In this document: one piece after another, positions 16,849 through 26,357 of the stretch
How the letters are laid out: each line of letters starts with the position of its first letter
How positions within the stretch are numbered: position 1 is the stretch's first letter
Assembly: GCA_041586955.1 (NCBI GenBank)
Contig: JBFGZE010000023.1
Span: 1-34,342 of the forward strand
Source: Bacteriovoracaceae bacterium
Lineage (GTDB): Bacteria; Bdellovibrionota; Bacteriovoracia; Bacteriovoracales; Bacteriovoracaceae
Direction of reading: 5' to 3'
DNA: 34,342 nt
Notes under the pieces: model-generated
What the model was told of the DNA's origin: nothing
Seen by the model: the letters and a program-made list of their open reading frames with translations, nothing else
The model's database searches: none
Program-made: the position numbers and the translations under genes

Positions 16849-17020
16849 GAATGCGTCCTTCTAGGTAATAAGTTCCTTGATCTTAATTATCGAATTGAAA
16901 ACCTCTTTTCAAGAGTTTAATTGATATAAGCGACGAGTAAAACCTATTGTTGAAGGATTTTTACTGGAAGGTTGGTGAGTGGCAAAATGGATCTTATTTT
17001 GCCAGGGGAAAGGAATATAA

Positions 17021-18403
17021 ATGAGTAATGAGAAGAAGCGAGTTTTGGTCATTGGAGCAGGTTTGGCCGGTTGTGATGCTGCCTTTTTTTTGGCCGAGAG
17101 GGGTGTTGAAGTCATTTTAATGGAATGTAAAACCATTAAATTGGGGCCGGCTCAGAAAATGACCACTTTTGGTGAATTGGTATGCACCAATTCCTTAAAG
17201 TCCAAAGCGGCGGCATCGGCCCATGGCGCTTTAAAAAATGAAATGCGTCTTCTGGGATCTTTAGTTTTAGAAACTGGTGAAGAGTTTGCTGTCCCGGCCG
17301 GGGACGCTTTGGCCGTCGATCGCGAAAAATTCTCTCAAGCGTTGAGCGATAAATTACACCGCCATCCACTCATTAGCGTGGTTGAAAAAGAAGCCGATAA
17401 TCCTATTGCCTTAATGGAAGAGTTTGCCTGCGATTATGTCATTGTGGCGACAGGCCCCTTGACTACTGGGCCTTTGCAACAATGGTTGGTGCAAGAGTTA
17501 TCGAAAGAGGATTGGTATTTTTATGATGCCATCGCACCAGTGGTTGATGCTGATAGCTTAGACTATTCTAAACTTTATTATAAAGACCGCCATAAAACGG
17601 TCTCAGAAGAAGAGGGCGTTGATGCGGATTACCTCAATGCACCTCTCAATAAAGAACAATACGAAAGTTTTATAAAGTCTTTAGTGGAAGCGGAAAAAGT
17701 TCCGGCACAGGACTTTGAAGATTATAAGTTCTTTGAATCTTGTTTACCAGTGGATATTATGGCAGAACGGGGGAAGGATACCGCGCGTTTTTCTTGCATG
17801 AAGCCTATAGGTCTTGAAATGGCCGATGGCACATTACCTTATGCCTGCGTGCAATTGCGCAAAGAAAATCTTTTGGGCTCGGCCTTTAACTTAGTGGGGT
17901 TTCAAACTCGTTTAAAATATCCCGAGCAAGTGCGGGTTTTTCGTCAGATTCCAGGGCTTGAAAATGCCCAGTTTATTCACTTGGGTTCCGTTCACCGCAA
18001 TACCTTTCTCAATGCGCGTAAGCTTCTCAACCGCGATATGTCGTCGAAAAAGTTTCCCAATATCTTTTTTGCTGGTCAAATCACAGGGGTTGAAGGTTAT
18101 ACTGAGAGCGCTTCGATGGGACTCTATGCGGCCGGCCAAATTTGGTCGCAGATTTGCCAACGTGAGGTACCTACCTGGCCTGTGGAAACCGCCATTGGCG
18201 CCCTTGTCAATTACGTTATGACAGTCACGAAACCGTGCCCGTCCAATATTAATTTTGGCCTCCTGCCGACAGTTTTGATGAAAGAAAAAATTAAAAATCG
18301 TGGCGAGCGTAAAAAAATGAAGAAGCTTTTGGCGGCGGAGCGGGCCAAGGCATCGTTTGATCAATTTTATGACACTTATTTACGTCCGGAGATTGGCGCT
18401 TGA
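17021..18403 (+). CDS. trmFO: Methylenetetrahydrofolate-tRNA-(uracil-5-)-methyltransferase TrmFO
   Basis: VIGAGLAG, ELVCTNSL, ATGPLT, YFYDAIAP, FESCLP, NLVGFQTRL, HRNTF and FAGQITGVEGY. Confidence 0.95.
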   Translation: MSNEKKRVLVIGAGLAGCDAAFFLAERGVEVILMECKTIKLGPAQKMTTFGELVCTNSLKSKAAASAHGALKNEMRLLGSLVLETGEEFAVPAGDALAVDREKFSQALSDKLHRHPLISVVEKEADNPIALMEEFACDYVIVATGPLTTGPLQQWLVQELSKEDWYFYDAIAPVVDADSLDYSKLYYKDRHKTVSEEEGVDADYLNAPLNKEQYESFIKSLVEAEKVPAQDFEDYKFFESCLPVDIMAERGKDTARFSCMKPIGLEMADGTLPYACVQLRKENLLGSAFNLVGFQTRLKYPEQVRVFRQIPGLENAQFIHLGSVHRNTFLNARKLLNRDMSSKKFPNIFFAGQITGVEGYTESASMGLYAAGQIWSQICQREVPTWPVETAIGALVNYVMTVTKPCPSNINFGLLPTVLMKEKIKNRGERKKMKKLLAAERAKASFDQFYDTYLRPEIGA

Positions 18404-19299
18404 TAGGTATTGGCCTTATTCTCTGTGCCTGTTTACTATGGGCAATAGACACCCTTATTCGCTACCCTTTGTTAGGTCAGGGAATTGCTCCCATTATTAT
18501 TGTCACGGTGGAGCATCTTATTTTGAGTGTGCTTTACCTGCCAGTTCTAATCAAGCGGCGACGGCAAATATTGGGGATGCCATTAGGAGATTTCTTTTCC
18601 TTTTTAGTGATCGGTGGTGGTGGATCAGCGATGGCGACGCTTTGTTTTACTTGGGCCTTCCAATACCTCAACCCCTCTGTGGTCATTCTTTTGCAAAAAT
18701 GGCAACCGGTTGTGGCCATTAGTTTGGCAGTTGTGATCTTAAAAGAGAGAATTAATAAGCGTTTTTGGGGACTGGCCTTTCTCTGCTTTTTGGGCAGTTT
18801 GTTAATTGGCTACCAGGATGTCCATCAAGTGGTCGCCGGGGGCACAACCATGATCGGTATGAGCCGCGATCATATTCTAGGTTATGGCCTGACCTTTCTG
18901 GCGGTTTTAGGCTGGGGGAGCTCAACGGTCTTTGGCAAGAAATTGCAGAAAAAAGGTGTCCAGACCTCGCTTTTGATTGGTATGCGCTTTTTTCTCGGCC
19001 TTTTAGTATTAATTCCTATTTATTTTTATCAAACACGTTTAGTGCTTCCCTTAAATCTGGATTTTTGGGGCAAAATGCTGGTGATGGTATTGATCTCAGG
19101 TACTTTGGCCATGAGTCTTTATTATTTAGGCCTCAAACGAGTTCATACAAAAGTCGCTGCTTTAGCAGAAATGTCTTTTCCTTTTTGCGCAGTTGTGGTG
19201 AATTGGCTATTCTTAGATAGAACTCTTGATCCTATTCAATTAATTGGGGGCGGTTTGCTTCTTGTGGGATCGAGTATTATACAAATTAAATCGTATTAA
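18400..19299 (+). CDS. DMT/EamA-family transporter
   Basis: About 10 TMs in two repeats, with ILLQKWQPVVAISLAVVILKERI; 4-nt overlap with the trmFO stop. Confidence 0.88.
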   Translation: MIGIGLILCACLLWAIDTLIRYPLLGQGIAPIIIVTVEHLILSVLYLPVLIKRRRQILGMPLGDFFSFLVIGGGGSAMATLCFTWAFQYLNPSVVILLQKWQPVVAISLAVVILKERINKRFWGLAFLCFLGSLLIGYQDVHQVVAGGTTMIGMSRDHILGYGLTFLAVLGWGSSTVFGKKLQKKGVQTSLLIGMRFFLGLLVLIPIYFYQTRLVLPLNLDFWGKMLVMVLISGTLAMSLYYLGLKRVHTKVAALAEMSFPFCAVVVNWLFLDRTLDPIQLIGGGLLLVGSSIIQIKSY

Positions 19300-19314
19300 A
19301 TAAGGAAGTTTGCG

Positions 19315-20307
19315 ATGAGTCAGAGAATTCAATTACCTGGTGATCTTAAAGGAAAAACCGTCCTCGTGGCCGGTTCGGCGGGATTTGTTCCGTCTTATCT
19401 TTCGGAGTTTTATTTAAATTTGGGGGCACGTGTTATAGGCCTTGATAATTTTATTACCGGTTCTCGCTCAAATATTGAATTGTTGTCAAAGTATGAGAAT
19501 TTTGAATTCCATGAATGTAATATTTTTGAATCTATTCCGGATTTTAAAGACCTGCCCATTGATTATATCTTATCGATGGCGTCACCCGCCTCACCAATCG
19601 ATTTTAAAATTATTCCCCTTGAGATTATGCGAGTCAACTCTGAAGGGACACTCAAGTTGTTAGAATTGGCGAAGGAGAAGAAGTCGCGTTTTCTCGAGGC
19701 CTCGACTTCTGAAGTTTATGGCGACCCTGAAATTCACCCCCAGGTCGAAGAGTATGTCGGCTGTGTGAACCCCATAGGACCTCGTTCTTGTTATGATGAG
19801 TCCAAGCGTTTTGCCGAGGCGATGACTATGTCCTATTATCGTCATCATAATGTTGATACTCGTATTATTCGTATCTTCAATACCTATGGGCCACGAATGC
19901 GTCCCAATGATGGCCGGGTGATTCCCAATTTCATTAACCAAGCGCTGAAAGGTGAGGACATTACCATTTATGGTGATGGTAGTCAGACTCGCTCTTTTTG
20001 TTATGTGGAAGATTTAGTTCAGGCGATTCATAATGTTCTATTTTCCGAGGTGCATACGCCGTTTAATTGCGGTAACCCCGACGAATATACGATTAAAGAT
20101 TGTGCGGAATTGATTCTAAAGTATCTCGATTCCAGCTCACAATTAACCTATTTACCCCTACCAGAGGACGATCCTAAAAGACGCCGACCGAATTTGAATA
20201 AATTAAAAAGCATTAGCGATTATACGCCAAAAGTGAGCTTTGAGCAGGGTATTCAGGCGACTGCCGAATATTTTAAGCAAAGGGCACTTAAGCAAGGAGA
20301 GAACTAA
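19315..20307 (+). CDS. UDP-glucuronate decarboxylase-like extended SDR (NAD-dependent epimerase/dehydratase)
   Basis: DNFITG, ASPASP, ASTSEVYGDP, GPRSCYDESKR, RIFNTYGPRM, GDGSQTRSFCYV and DDPKRRRP are UXS-type motifs. Confidence 0.9.
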   Translation: MSQRIQLPGDLKGKTVLVAGSAGFVPSYLSEFYLNLGARVIGLDNFITGSRSNIELLSKYENFEFHECNIFESIPDFKDLPIDYILSMASPASPIDFKIIPLEIMRVNSEGTLKLLELAKEKKSRFLEASTSEVYGDPEIHPQVEEYVGCVNPIGPRSCYDESKRFAEAMTMSYYRHHNVDTRIIRIFNTYGPRMRPNDGRVIPNFINQALKGEDITIYGDGSQTRSFCYVEDLVQAIHNVLFSEVHTPFNCGNPDEYTIKDCAELILKYLDSSSQLTYLPLPEDDPKRRRPNLNKLKSISDYTPKVSFEQGIQATAEYFKQRALKQGEN

Positions 20308-20309
20308 AA

Positions 20310-21377
20310 TTGAAAGTGGCGATTACAGTTGATCATTTATTGGCGCGAGAAAGTGTTCATCCTATTGTCGAAAAATGCTTAGAAGTATTTGAGGATGCAC
20401 CTATTTTTACGATTGCCCATCGACCCAAAGCGATACTGGGCCCTATTGAAATGCGACCGATTCGCTCTTCCTTTTTATCGCGCCTGATGCAATCGCCAAG
20501 TGATTTTTCTCGCTACCAGGCACTTCTTCCAGGCGCAGTGAAGCAGGTGCCTATTTCTTGTTCTTATGATCTCATTATCAATATTAGCTCTGGTCTGAGT
20601 CAGGGCCTACCCAAATGTGAACAGACTAAACAATTAACTTATTTAGTGAATGACCTTTCTCTTCAAGGTAAAGGGCTTCGCTATCACCTTTTTAAGACTT
20701 ATTGTCGCTCTTTTGCCAAAAAGTCATTAGCGCAAGCTGATAAAATTTGGGTTAGCTCTGATGAGTTGGCGAGTCGTTTTGACCTCTTAGAGGGGCAATA
20801 CGAATTGGTGCCTGCACTTCTCAATTTGGCAGAGTTGCCGCTCTTCCCGACAGGCATGCGGCAAGCTTTCGCATTTCGTGATCTCTTTGTGAATGCACCC
20901 AGCTTTGGGGAAAAGTCCGCTCGGGGATTAGTTGATCAGCTGACCTCTTGCCAAGCGCCTTTTGTCTTTATCGGTGAGGATGCTCATCTTGGGCCATTAA
21001 AAAGCGAATTGGGTGATGATAAGTTTCTAGGTAATCGCTGTTTGGGTGAATTTGCTCCTTTGATGGCCCAGGCCAAGGCCTTGGTGCATGGTGTGGAGAG
21101 TTGTGATGCCACGCCAGTTTTTGAAAGCATGGCCTTGGGGCGTCCCGTTATTTCTCTCGGGGATTTTGATGGCCAATCATTAGTCAATAAAGAGGGATTG
21201 ATACGCGTAGCGCTTGATGCAATTGGTAATTGCCTGACTCAGAGCGATTTATTTACCAAAGATGAAGGGGATATCAAATCCATGCGCGCTCAAGTTCAAG
21301 GGATGCACGACCTTAAGTTCAAAGGCAAGATTATGCGTTTAAAATCCAAAGGTCTTAACGATTATTTTGGCCCTTAA
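20310..21377 (+). CDS. Divergent GT-B (family 4-like) glycosyltransferase
   Basis: MKVAITVDHL N-terminus, APIFT, YDLIINISS and PVFESMALGRPVI, a variant of the GT4 EAMAxGxPVI motif. Confidence 0.65.
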   Translation: MKVAITVDHLLARESVHPIVEKCLEVFEDAPIFTIAHRPKAILGPIEMRPIRSSFLSRLMQSPSDFSRYQALLPGAVKQVPISCSYDLIINISSGLSQGLPKCEQTKQLTYLVNDLSLQGKGLRYHLFKTYCRSFAKKSLAQADKIWVSSDELASRFDLLEGQYELVPALLNLAELPLFPTGMRQAFAFRDLFVNAPSFGEKSARGLVDQLTSCQAPFVFIGEDAHLGPLKSELGDDKFLGNRCLGEFAPLMAQAKALVHGVESCDATPVFESMALGRPVISLGDFDGQSLVNKEGLIRVALDAIGNCLTQSDLFTKDEGDIKSMRAQVQGMHDLKFKGKIMRLKSKGLNDYFGP

Positions 21378-21635
21378 GCTGATGTAAGCGGTGCTCCACT
21401 TGTTGGGACAGCCGATTGTTTTTTTGCCATTCTTTAGCAAAAATAAACACTAGGAAGAGCAATAAGCTCACAAGAATCATTTCATTAACACCAAACTTAC
21501 TCTTTTTTTTCATGGCCTAGGTATATGAGAATGAATGGGGAAAAGACAAGTCCTTTTTCTCATTTCTTTGTTTGCAAATAAAGATACTTGAGTCATTATA
21601 TTTTCTACCTTATCTAATTAATCAGGGAGAGGCAT

Positions 21636-22643
21636 ATGCGTCATATTATTTTTATTACAAGTGTATTTTTAAGCACTTCAATATTATCGGTCGGTAAAAC
21701 CCTCGATATTGTCAAAAAACGAGGTCATATTAAATGTGGTGTGAGTCAGGGGTTGGCCGGCTTTTCTGCTCCGGATGCAAAAGGTGTTTGGCGTGGTCTT
21801 GATGTAGAAGTTTGCCAAGCGGTAGCGGTCGCGGTTTTTGGAGATCCAAGTAAAGTAAAATATGTCGGTCTATCGGCGCAATCACGATTTACCGCTTTGC
21901 AATCGGGAGAGGTTGATATTCTCTCACGGAATTCAACTTGGACTCTTTCTCGTGATACTACTCTCGGCCTTAATTTTGGCCCTGTTATTTATTATGATGG
22001 GCAAAGTTTTATGGTCCGTAAAAAAGACAACATTAAAGATGCTAAAAACCTTAATGGGGCCTCGATTTGCACCCAGCAGGGAACCACGACGGAGCTTAAT
22101 ATGGCCGATTATTTTCGTAAGAATCGCATGAAAATGAAGCCTGTCGTTTTTGAATCGAATGATGAAGTGACCGCGGCCTTTTTTAAAGGGCGTTGTGATG
22201 CTTTAACCACTGATGCCTCTGGGCTTGCCAGTGAACGCTCGAAAATCAAAAACCCTAATGATTATATTATCCTGCCAAACATTATTTCTAAGGAGCCGTT
22301 GGCCCCCGTTGTTCGCCATGGTGATGATAATTGGTACGATATTCTCACCTGGTCCACTTATGCTTTATTAGAGGCCGAAGAATTGGGGATGACATCTTCG
22401 AATGTTCACACTTTTTTAAAGTCAAAGGACCCGCGTATCAAACGCTTCCTAGGCGTGACTCCGGGCAATGGTAAGAGTTTGGGCCTTTCTGAAAAATTCG
22501 CTTTTAATATCATTCAAAAGATTGGTAACTATAGTGAAGTTTTTGAACGGAACGTGGGACAGGGGAGTCCTTTAAAATTATCCCGAGGTATTAATGCTTT
22601 ATGGAATAAAGGTGGGCTCATGTATGCTCCACCTTTTCGATAG
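21636..22643 (+). CDS. aapJ: General L-amino acid ABC transporter substrate-binding protein (AapJ/BztA-like)
   Basis: CGVSQGLAGFS, RFTALQSGEVDILSRN, YDGQSF, ISKEPL, IGNYSEVFERN and LWNKGGLMYAPPFR. Confidence 0.92.
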   Translation: MRHIIFITSVFLSTSILSVGKTLDIVKKRGHIKCGVSQGLAGFSAPDAKGVWRGLDVEVCQAVAVAVFGDPSKVKYVGLSAQSRFTALQSGEVDILSRNSTWTLSRDTTLGLNFGPVIYYDGQSFMVRKKDNIKDAKNLNGASICTQQGTTTELNMADYFRKNRMKMKPVVFESNDEVTAAFFKGRCDALTTDASGLASERSKIKNPNDYIILPNIISKEPLAPVVRHGDDNWYDILTWSTYALLEAEELGMTSSNVHTFLKSKDPRIKRFLGVTPGNGKSLGLSEKFAFNIIQKIGNYSEVFERNVGQGSPLKLSRGINALWNKGGLMYAPPFR

Positions 22644-22767
22644 AGTACTCATGCTAACTACTTGAAAACTTACTTTTCTGATAAAAGAGATCAATATTTT
22701 CTTTTGTAATGATGGAGTAAAGTGTTTTTTTAGTAGAGTGAAAAGTATTTTTTGGTACAATTAAAAT

Positions 22768-22825
22768 GAATGAGACGGACACGGGTCCCCTGGAAACAAG
22801 GATGTTTAAAGGGGGCTTTTTTTTT
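22768..22825 (+). ncRNA. Candidate small RNA (or aapJ 3'UTR) with a CsrA-type site and terminator
   Basis: Extended -10 TGGTACAAT at 22753-22761; AAACAAGGATGT with GGA in a hairpin loop; GC-rich stem followed by T9. Confidence 0.35.
22785..22825 (+). terminator. Intrinsic terminator on the + strand
   Basis: GTCCCCT..AAACA-AGGA-TGTTT..AGGGGGC followed by 9 T. Confidence 0.7.
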
Positions 22826-22828
22826 GGT

Positions 22829-25141
22829 CTATTTTCCGTTTTTAATCCCTAAAAAAAGAATTGCCGGTAAGAAAATCAGGTCTGTGATTAAGGCCAATAA
22901 GAGCACGATTGCGCATAGGATTCCAAAGTTTTGGTTGGGGATAAAGTCAGCAAAGATAAAGCTGCCAAAGCCCACAACTAGGATCACTGTCGTTGTCATA
23001 AGGGCCATACCGGTGATGGCAAAAGTCTCTTTGATGGCATCGTAAATGGAGTAACCTCTTTGTCTTAACATTTTAAAATTCACCACAAAGTGAATTGTGT
23101 CATCCACAGCAATACCCAGACAAACAGTGGCCACTAAACTCGTTCCAATATCAATATAGGTGCCTTTGGCATACATAATAGCGCCACCAAATGAGAGGGG
23201 AATAATATTGGGAAAAATGGAGAGGAGAGATATTTTAAAGTCTCGAAAGACGCAAAAAATCAGAAAACAAACCAAGACTAATGCCATGGCCATCGCTTTA
23301 AAAAAAGACGATACAATAGTTTGATTCATTTTAAGATACATCGGAACATTACCCTCTGCTGAGACGATGAGACCTCTCTTTTCTGCCTCATTGATGAGCA
23401 GGGAATTTTTGAGCTCAGCCTCCTTGGAGGTGGTTATTTTCCAAATAATTCGCAAACGCAAATAGCGGTGATCTAAGGAGAATTGATTATTGAGGTCCAT
23501 GCCTTGAGGTAGGCCCATTGTATAGAGGAATAATAATTCTGCGACTGTCGTCTGGAGAGGTGGGATGGAGTAAAACTCCTGCTTACCCTCGTTAAGAGTG
23601 CGGTTCATTTTTTTGATAATGTCTAAAACAGAACGTGCTTGCACGATATCGTCATCACGTAACATCCACTTGAGATAATCATCTAATTTCCTAAGAAATT
23701 GTGGGTCTTTAATTCCATCATTTTTTCCTGAGTCGACTACAAATTCAATCCCGCGCATGGCATCGAGTTTAGTGGAGACAAAGTCCGAGGACTTGCGGAT
23801 GGGGACTGAGGTATCAAAGTATTTAAGAGGGTCAGAATTAACTTGATTGAGAGAAGATAAATACAGACAGACTGTAAAGGTAAGAGAAAAGACAATGATA
23901 ATAGGGAAGCGCCAGCGGTAGATGAAGTTGGCATAAGCTATCGTGCGTTGTTCTTTTGTATTTTTGCAGATTGCTTTTTTACGTGTTTTTCCATGATCGA
24001 GGCGGTTGGCAAAGATCACAATAATGGGACCTAATAACCAATAGGTAAAGAGCCAGGCCAATAACGTACCTATTCCCGCCAAGCAGCCGAGCGCTCTGAC
24101 TGGGGAAATATCGGTCATCATAATAGAAAAAAAGCTAATGGCGGTTGAAATAGAGGTGAGAATCGTGGGACCAAAGTTTTTAATGAGGGACTTTTCAATT
24201 GCCTGACGCGCACTAAAGTCATCGATGCGAAAGAAATGATAATACGACGCCAGGATATGAATACTATCGGCCAGGCAAATGGCCAAGAGAATACCAGGAA
24301 TTGCCGCTAAAAGAGAGGTAAAAGTAAAGTTTAAGGCACCTAAAAGGCCGAAGGTTGTGGCGATAGTAAGGACCGCTAAGAGTAGTGGTAAAATGACTGC
24401 CATTCGTGAGCGAAAAAGTAAGAGGAGCAATATGATAATAAAACCCACCATAAAGGGGACGATCTTTATATTATCACTCGCCGATATTTCTTTAAAGGCC
24501 GTATTTCCCGGAGCATCTCCTAAGAGAAAAAAGCGTAGACCTTCAATATGGCGGAAATTGGTGAGTAGTTCTTCTGTTTTTTGAACGATTAATGGGTAGC
24601 GTGGGTCGCTTTCAATGGATGGCCGTAATTGGCCATAAATCAATGTGGTAGTGGCATCTTTGGAGAGTAGATAATTGGGAATGACCTCGTCTTTGAGTGC
24701 TTCAGCTTGTTTAAGTTTTAAAAAGTTGGTATTGAGAATGGCGTCTTCGGGAATCAACGGAGCAATGAGGATTTCGTCCTCTTGACCCGTAATGGTATTA
24801 TAATTGCTTAAACTTTCAACCCGGATTATATCCGGTACAGACCATAATTGATCGGTAATGGTTTTCATCGCCTCGATAATAGGTTTTTGAAAAATACCTT
24901 TCTCATGATGAAGAACCACGACTATCTTTTGATCATTGCCGAAGCGTTTTTCAAAAGCGTCCAGGCGCTTAATCTCGGGATGGCCATCATCAAACCACAT
25001 ACGGGGGGAGAAGCGCGATTGTATAGTACCGATAAAAGGAGCGATGGCCGCCACAATGAAAAAAACAAAGAGTAGATGAATGCGGGGATGATTAATAATT
25101 AATTGAGCAAAAGCGACAGGTATATGTTTATATCTTTTCAT
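22829..25141 (-). CDS. MMPL/RND-superfamily transporter
   Basis: Two (1 TM + large loop + 5 TM) repeats, with AICLADSIH and LGIAVDDTIHF, PTILTSISTAISF and DLIFLPAIL. Confidence 0.9.
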   Translation of the reverse strand: MKRYKHIPVAFAQLIINHPRIHLLFVFFIVAAIAPFIGTIQSRFSPRMWFDDGHPEIKRLDAFEKRFGNDQKIVVVLHHEKGIFQKPIIEAMKTITDQLWSVPDIIRVESLSNYNTITGQEDEILIAPLIPEDAILNTNFLKLKQAEALKDEVIPNYLLSKDATTTLIYGQLRPSIESDPRYPLIVQKTEELLTNFRHIEGLRFFLLGDAPGNTAFKEISASDNIKIVPFMVGFIIILLLLLFRSRMAVILPLLLAVLTIATTFGLLGALNFTFTSLLAAIPGILLAICLADSIHILASYYHFFRIDDFSARQAIEKSLIKNFGPTILTSISTAISFFSIMMTDISPVRALGCLAGIGTLLAWLFTYWLLGPIIVIFANRLDHGKTRKKAICKNTKEQRTIAYANFIYRWRFPIIIVFSLTFTVCLYLSSLNQVNSDPLKYFDTSVPIRKSSDFVSTKLDAMRGIEFVVDSGKNDGIKDPQFLRKLDDYLKWMLRDDDIVQARSVLDIIKKMNRTLNEGKQEFYSIPPLQTTVAELLFLYTMGLPQGMDLNNQFSLDHRYLRLRIIWKITTSKEAELKNSLLINEAEKRGLIVSAEGNVPMYLKMNQTIVSSFFKAMAMALVLVCFLIFCVFRDFKISLLSIFPNIIPLSFGGAIMYAKGTYIDIGTSLVATVCLGIAVDDTIHFVVNFKMLRQRGYSIYDAIKETFAITGMALMTTTVILVVGFGSFIFADFIPNQNFGILCAIVLLLALITDLIFLPAILFLGIKNGK

Positions 25142-25148
25142 TAGGAGA

Positions 25149-25220
25149 ATTATAGAAAAGAGAATGTCATCTGACTATCTGTAGTTTTTCTTGGACAGGC
25201 CTTCAGGCCTTGGATAAACT
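25149..25220. promoter_or_regulatory. Back-to-back sigma-70-type promoters for the MMPL gene and aapQ
   Basis: Minus strand TAGTCA-17-TATAAT (25177-25149); plus strand TGGACA-17-TAAACT (25192-25220). Confidence 0.5.
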
Positions 25221-25226
25221 GAAAGT

Positions 25227-26357
25227 ATGAAAATTTCAAAACTTTGGTCGGATAATAAATTACGGGCCATTTGTTACCAAATCATCGCCCTTGTAGGAGT
25301 GCTCTTAGCAGTATACTTTTTTTATTTTCAACTGCAATCAAACTTAAAGGGTCAAAATATTTCTTCCGGCTTTGGCTTTCTAGGGCAAGAGGCGGGGTTT
25401 GAGATTGCTGAGTCTTTAATTGAATACTGGAGTGACGATTCCTATTTACGCGCTTTAAGTGTGGGTTTACTTAATACCATTAAAGTCGCGATCATTGGCA
25501 ATATTGGTGCCTTTATCCTGGGGCTTATCTTGGCATTAATGCGCCTAGGGTCCAATCCATTGGCCAATCTTATCTCTTTTCGTATCATTCATACCATTCG
25601 AAATATCCCACTTTTGTTGCAATTATTTTTTTGGTACGGACTCTTTAGTGAGTTTCTACCTGGAGTGAAGGGCGCCTGGTCCCTTTTTGATAGGGTTAAG
25701 TTGTGCAATCGCGGACTTTTTCTACCATGGCCTGAAATGAGCTTCTGGTCCTGGGCATTGGTAGGGATATCTTTCATTGCCTTGGTTACTATTTATCTAA
25801 TACCCTGGAAGTTTTGGGATGAAAGGCCCAAGGTCAAACACAGTATGGGTTTTCTTTTGCTCTTGTTGATCATTATTCCCTTATCAGTAGTAAGTTGGCA
25901 GATCCCAAAACTCGCGGGTTTTAATTTTGAAGGAGGGCTCAGTTTTTCTCCTGAATTGGCCGCCCTTCTTATTGGCCTGATTACTTATACTTCGGCCTTT
26001 ATGGCGGAGATTATTCGCGCCGGTATTAATTATGTTTCTAGGGGGCAATGGGAGGCCGGTCGCGCTTTAGGTTTAAAAGAAGGTCAGATCGTGCGCTTTA
26101 TTATTCTGCCGCAGGCCTTTAAGATTGCCTTTCCTCCTTTAACATCTCAAATTCTTAATCTCACTAAGAACTCTTCACTCGCTGTGGCGATTGCTTATCC
26201 GGACTTTGTTGCCGTCACTAATACCACTCTCAATCAAACAGGTCAGGCGGTTGAGTGCGTCTCTCTGATTATGGCGGTTTATTTATTTTTAAGTCTTACG
26301 GCCTCTGCCATTATGAATTGGTTCAATAACCGCACTAAATGGGGAGAGGCCACATGA
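25227..26357 (+). CDS. aapQ: Amino acid ABC transporter permease (AapQ/BztB-like)
   Basis: SGFGFLGQEAGFEI, VGLLNTIKVA, RNIPLLLQLFFWY, EAA loop AEIIRAGI..GQWEAGRALGL, and NLTKNSSLAVAIAYPD. Confidence 0.9.
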   Translation: MKISKLWSDNKLRAICYQIIALVGVLLAVYFFYFQLQSNLKGQNISSGFGFLGQEAGFEIAESLIEYWSDDSYLRALSVGLLNTIKVAIIGNIGAFILGLILALMRLGSNPLANLISFRIIHTIRNIPLLLQLFFWYGLFSEFLPGVKGAWSLFDRVKLCNRGLFLPWPEMSFWSWALVGISFIALVTIYLIPWKFWDERPKVKHSMGFLLLLLIIIPLSVVSWQIPKLAGFNFEGGLSFSPELAALLIGLITYTSAFMAEIIRAGINYVSRGQWEAGRALGLKEGQIVRFIILPQAFKIAFPPLTSQILNLTKNSSLAVAIAYPDFVAVTNTTLNQTGQAVECVSLIMAVYLFLSLTASAIMNWFNNRTKWGEAT

